In this document: in pieces, positions 60,906-64,000 of the stretch
Layout: each line of letters starts with the position of its first letter
Position numbering within the stretch: the stretch's first letter is position 1
From: Phoronis australis
Lineage: Eukaryota; Animalia; Phoronida
Direction: 5' to 3'
DNA length: 64,000 bases
NCBI GenBank assembly: GCA_002633005.1
Contig: NMRA01000050.1
Location: 1,223,387 to 1,287,386, forward strand
Made by a program: the position numbers and the translations under genes
The notes under the pieces: generated by a model
What the model saw: only the letters and a program-made list of their open reading frames with translations
Databases searched by the model: none
What the model was told of the DNA's origin: nothing

Positions 60906-63900
60906 CGTGCCCAGCTCCGTTCTACATTTTTGTTATTGTTTACAATCCGACTCCATTAATGTACACCCATGATATCAGTATTTTCTGAATCCTCTTGTCA
61001 TGCACATTTCAAAAATACATAGCACGTACCTATTGGTGTCTTCCTTGTCATGCAGTTTGCGTTTTTTGGAGGTTTTTTCACCCGTTCATTTCCTATCGCG
61101 TTGTCTCTTTGCCGCTGCCATTTTATAATTGGATGCGACACCTATAGGTAGATAGGTAAACTACTACTGTAGGCCTGTTCTCTTTTCCGGGGTTTAAATA
61201 TCTTTGCGCCTCCGTGCAAGCAGACTGAAATGTAGGCTCGAACTTTCAGAAACTTGGACCTTTGAATTTTTGTAAGAGAAAAAATCAGGGTTAACAACGA
61301 TCGCAAGGTTTCATGGTTTTCATTAGTTTCTGCGTATGTGGACCTCTTTGAACCCAACTAAAATGTCGAGAACGGTCTATGATACCATGGGGTGGAGCCA
61401 ACACTTTGTCTTGGGCAATCGCTTAAACCGGCCACGACTGCATACGCACACCAGCCCGGGGTGTGTGGGTAGTAGGCCCATTCCCCCTCCTCCCCCCCCC
61501 CCCCCCNCTCCTTCTACTAAAATTCGCATACAGCTTGGTGCACGAAGTCTACAAGCATTAATGTCTGTTGCTGTAGCGGATCTAGGATACCATGCATAGG
61601 CGGATTTAGGGGGGGTCACGGTTCAGGCCCCCACCCCCCATTCATCCCCTAGATCGGCCAGTGCAGAGGGGGGTGACATTCCGGTATTTCCTCATGCTGG
61701 TTCATTTTGCTTGCGGCTTGCCCAGGGAGAGGTGGGGCCGGGCTGGCCCGCTTCCTACTAATTCGCCGGCCTACACTATGTGATTGTTCCATTGTGTTAT
61801 GAGATGAATACTTGAATATGCTTGTGTGTTTTTAAATAAAAAGGCATTCTGTAACATCAGTACCCGGAAGGTCCAACAGTGTTGTAGCGTCACAAGAATT
61901 GATTAGAATCTTGGACGCCAAAAGGGTGTGGCACTAATTCAAATGTAGGTCTGAAATGACTGAACTTGAAAACAATACCAAATAAAATTATACTAATGGT
62001 AATTATATTTACTAGACAAAAATGAAAAATGAAAAATGTAATAAACGAAACAGCTGAACACCCGTGTTCAGCGACCTACCCGCTACGACACAGGTGGTAC
62101 CGAGCGACAAGGAAAACAAATCCACGAAAGTTACTTTGAATTACGCGCCACTCGGTGTAAAGGTAGAAACTCCACGCAGCAACTACGGCAAATGTTGTGA
62201 CTCGATACACAGTTCATTATTGTGTCATGGACCGTGGCGACACCTACGGGTGTGTGTGGGTCAACGAAGTACGCAAGGCATTCACTATGGCCGATCTTAG
62301 TTTGCCAAATTCAAAATTGTCAGTGAAGTGTCTTTGTTTAAAATATTGAAAACAAAAAACACGAGCACTGTAATGGAAAAATACACATAGGCAAAATATA
62401 GAGTAAACCAAGAAAAAATTTGGGAAGCAAAGGTAATATAAATTACGAGAAATAAATCATAACCAAGAGGGAGGCTCAGTAATAAGAGCTGAGCTGATGA
62501 AAGTAGGTTATTGGAGAATGTGCAGGTACCGAACCTGTAGGATTTTTTAAAGGGGGTTCGGATAATGATTTTTTAAGAAAGGTGGCCCAAGTCAACAATT
62601 TGAAAATTCTAGCATTGATATCACTACAATCAAGGAAAATGGGGGGTCCAGACCCCTTTAACCTGCCACCCTGGATCTGCCTGTACTCAACTGATTTGGT
62701 AAATCTTTTAGGCATTTTTTTGTTCTTTACTCACAGTTTTTATATTTTTCTATCATTTTATCTTGATTATGAACTCCTCTTTTGACTTAATAATATAACT
62801 AAAAACTGAGCTCTTAATTCAGTCAAAACATTTAGGGACTTAGTCCTTAAATTAGGTGCATTGCATGAAAAGATCCCCACTTATTTTCAATCATTGAGAA
62901 TTCTACGGTCTCTGGTAGGTCCTAGCGTTAGGGAACCAGGTTAATGAAGGCCCAGGTGGCACTGAATAGTTAGGCTGCGGCCGCGGCCAATTTGCACTGC
63001 CAAAATATAGAAATTTTGGGGTAGGCCAAGTTTGGGGGCATTTTGTAGGTGGGCATTGCACGTAGGCTCAGTGAATGTGGTTTGTTTGTATTTGTGAACA
63101 TGCTGTGAATAAAAAAAGGCCACTTTCTTGGCTGTAGCTGCACTCTTCTTCAAGATGGCGGCCCCCGGTTGCAATTGTGCATTGTTGGGTAGCGACCGAG
63201 AAATTTGCTGTGATTTATTTAGCCCTCAAACAAGCCAGAATTGCCAAAAAAAAATAGTTGCCGTGGTTGACAGTACTTTTGGACCACATTTTCGGAATCG
63301 GTAGGAAATTTGCTTTCAGACTCTAATGTTGGTTTTAGTCGTGCATCGGCAGGGAAGTGGTGTTTTTCGGGGTGAAAAGTGCCGATTTTGCATTTTTTTG
63401 CCCTTATTTTTCTTAGTCTAGCTTGATTTTCAGTGGGAATGAAATGGTCAAAAATACAAGAAAGAATAAAGTTTCTGTGCTCATCTGCTGGGCTTTTTAT
63501 GTATTTTAGGGTTAGAGTGCCGTAGAAATTCAGAAGGCTGGTTATTTTTTTCCACGAAGTCGCACTCTTTTAATGGTATGAAATGAGATACTTTTTGTTT
63601 GTTAGTCGTCTTCAGGACATTATTAATGACAATTTACACAGAGAATGCGTGAGACATTATTAACCCAAATAAGCCAATCCGGTTTTTGTTTATTCATTAT
63701 TTATAGCTTTTTTTTGAATGTGTAAGCTAAATACTTGTTCATTGAACTCAATAAAAGTAAAATAATACTTGTTATGAACAATAGGGATAAAAAACACCCC
63801 CTCAACAGGCTTCATGTACATTTCAAGTAATTCAAGTTGAGAAAAACGTTATATGCATCCCAAAATATGACTGAAGCTATGCAAGGTGACCTGACAGCTT

Positions 63901-64000
63901 AGGAATGCACTAGTGTCACAATTTTATAAATAGTTCTTTTTTCATGGTTGAATGTGAGGTCTGTCATTAGGTAACTATAAAAGTGTGGATCTCAAAAATG

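Overview
Intron- and repeat-rich eukaryotic (animal, plausibly marine invertebrate/lophotrochozoan) draft-assembly DNA. I reconstructed three host genes by hand, all on the minus strand. (1) A 7-exon gene (9488-14830) for a secreted, His-rich (34 His/291 aa) Cu/Zn-SOD-fold protein. It lacks the canonical fourth Cu ligand and the catalytic Arg, so it may be a metal-binding protein rather than a dismutase. (2) An intronless aldo-keto reductase (23719-24678). (3) A TRAF2-like RING/zinc-finger/coiled-coil gene (57039 down to at least 40899) with a GC-AG intron and an apparently decayed MATH/TRAF-C domain. The rest is mobile DNA: Kolobok-like THAP elements and their MITE, a hAT element with an 8-bp TSD, an Academ-like element, a TA-flanked pogo-like element, MITEs with 5-bp TSDs, three LINE remnants, a gag-only LTR element, and Helentron-like repeats carrying ~150-bp-spaced CTCF-like motifs. 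A ~270-bp foldback carries two inverted Penelope-type minimal hammerhead ribozyme motifs. Several tandem duplications centred on a single 'n' look like assembly artefacts. No database searches were possible; family assignments rest on motif recognition.
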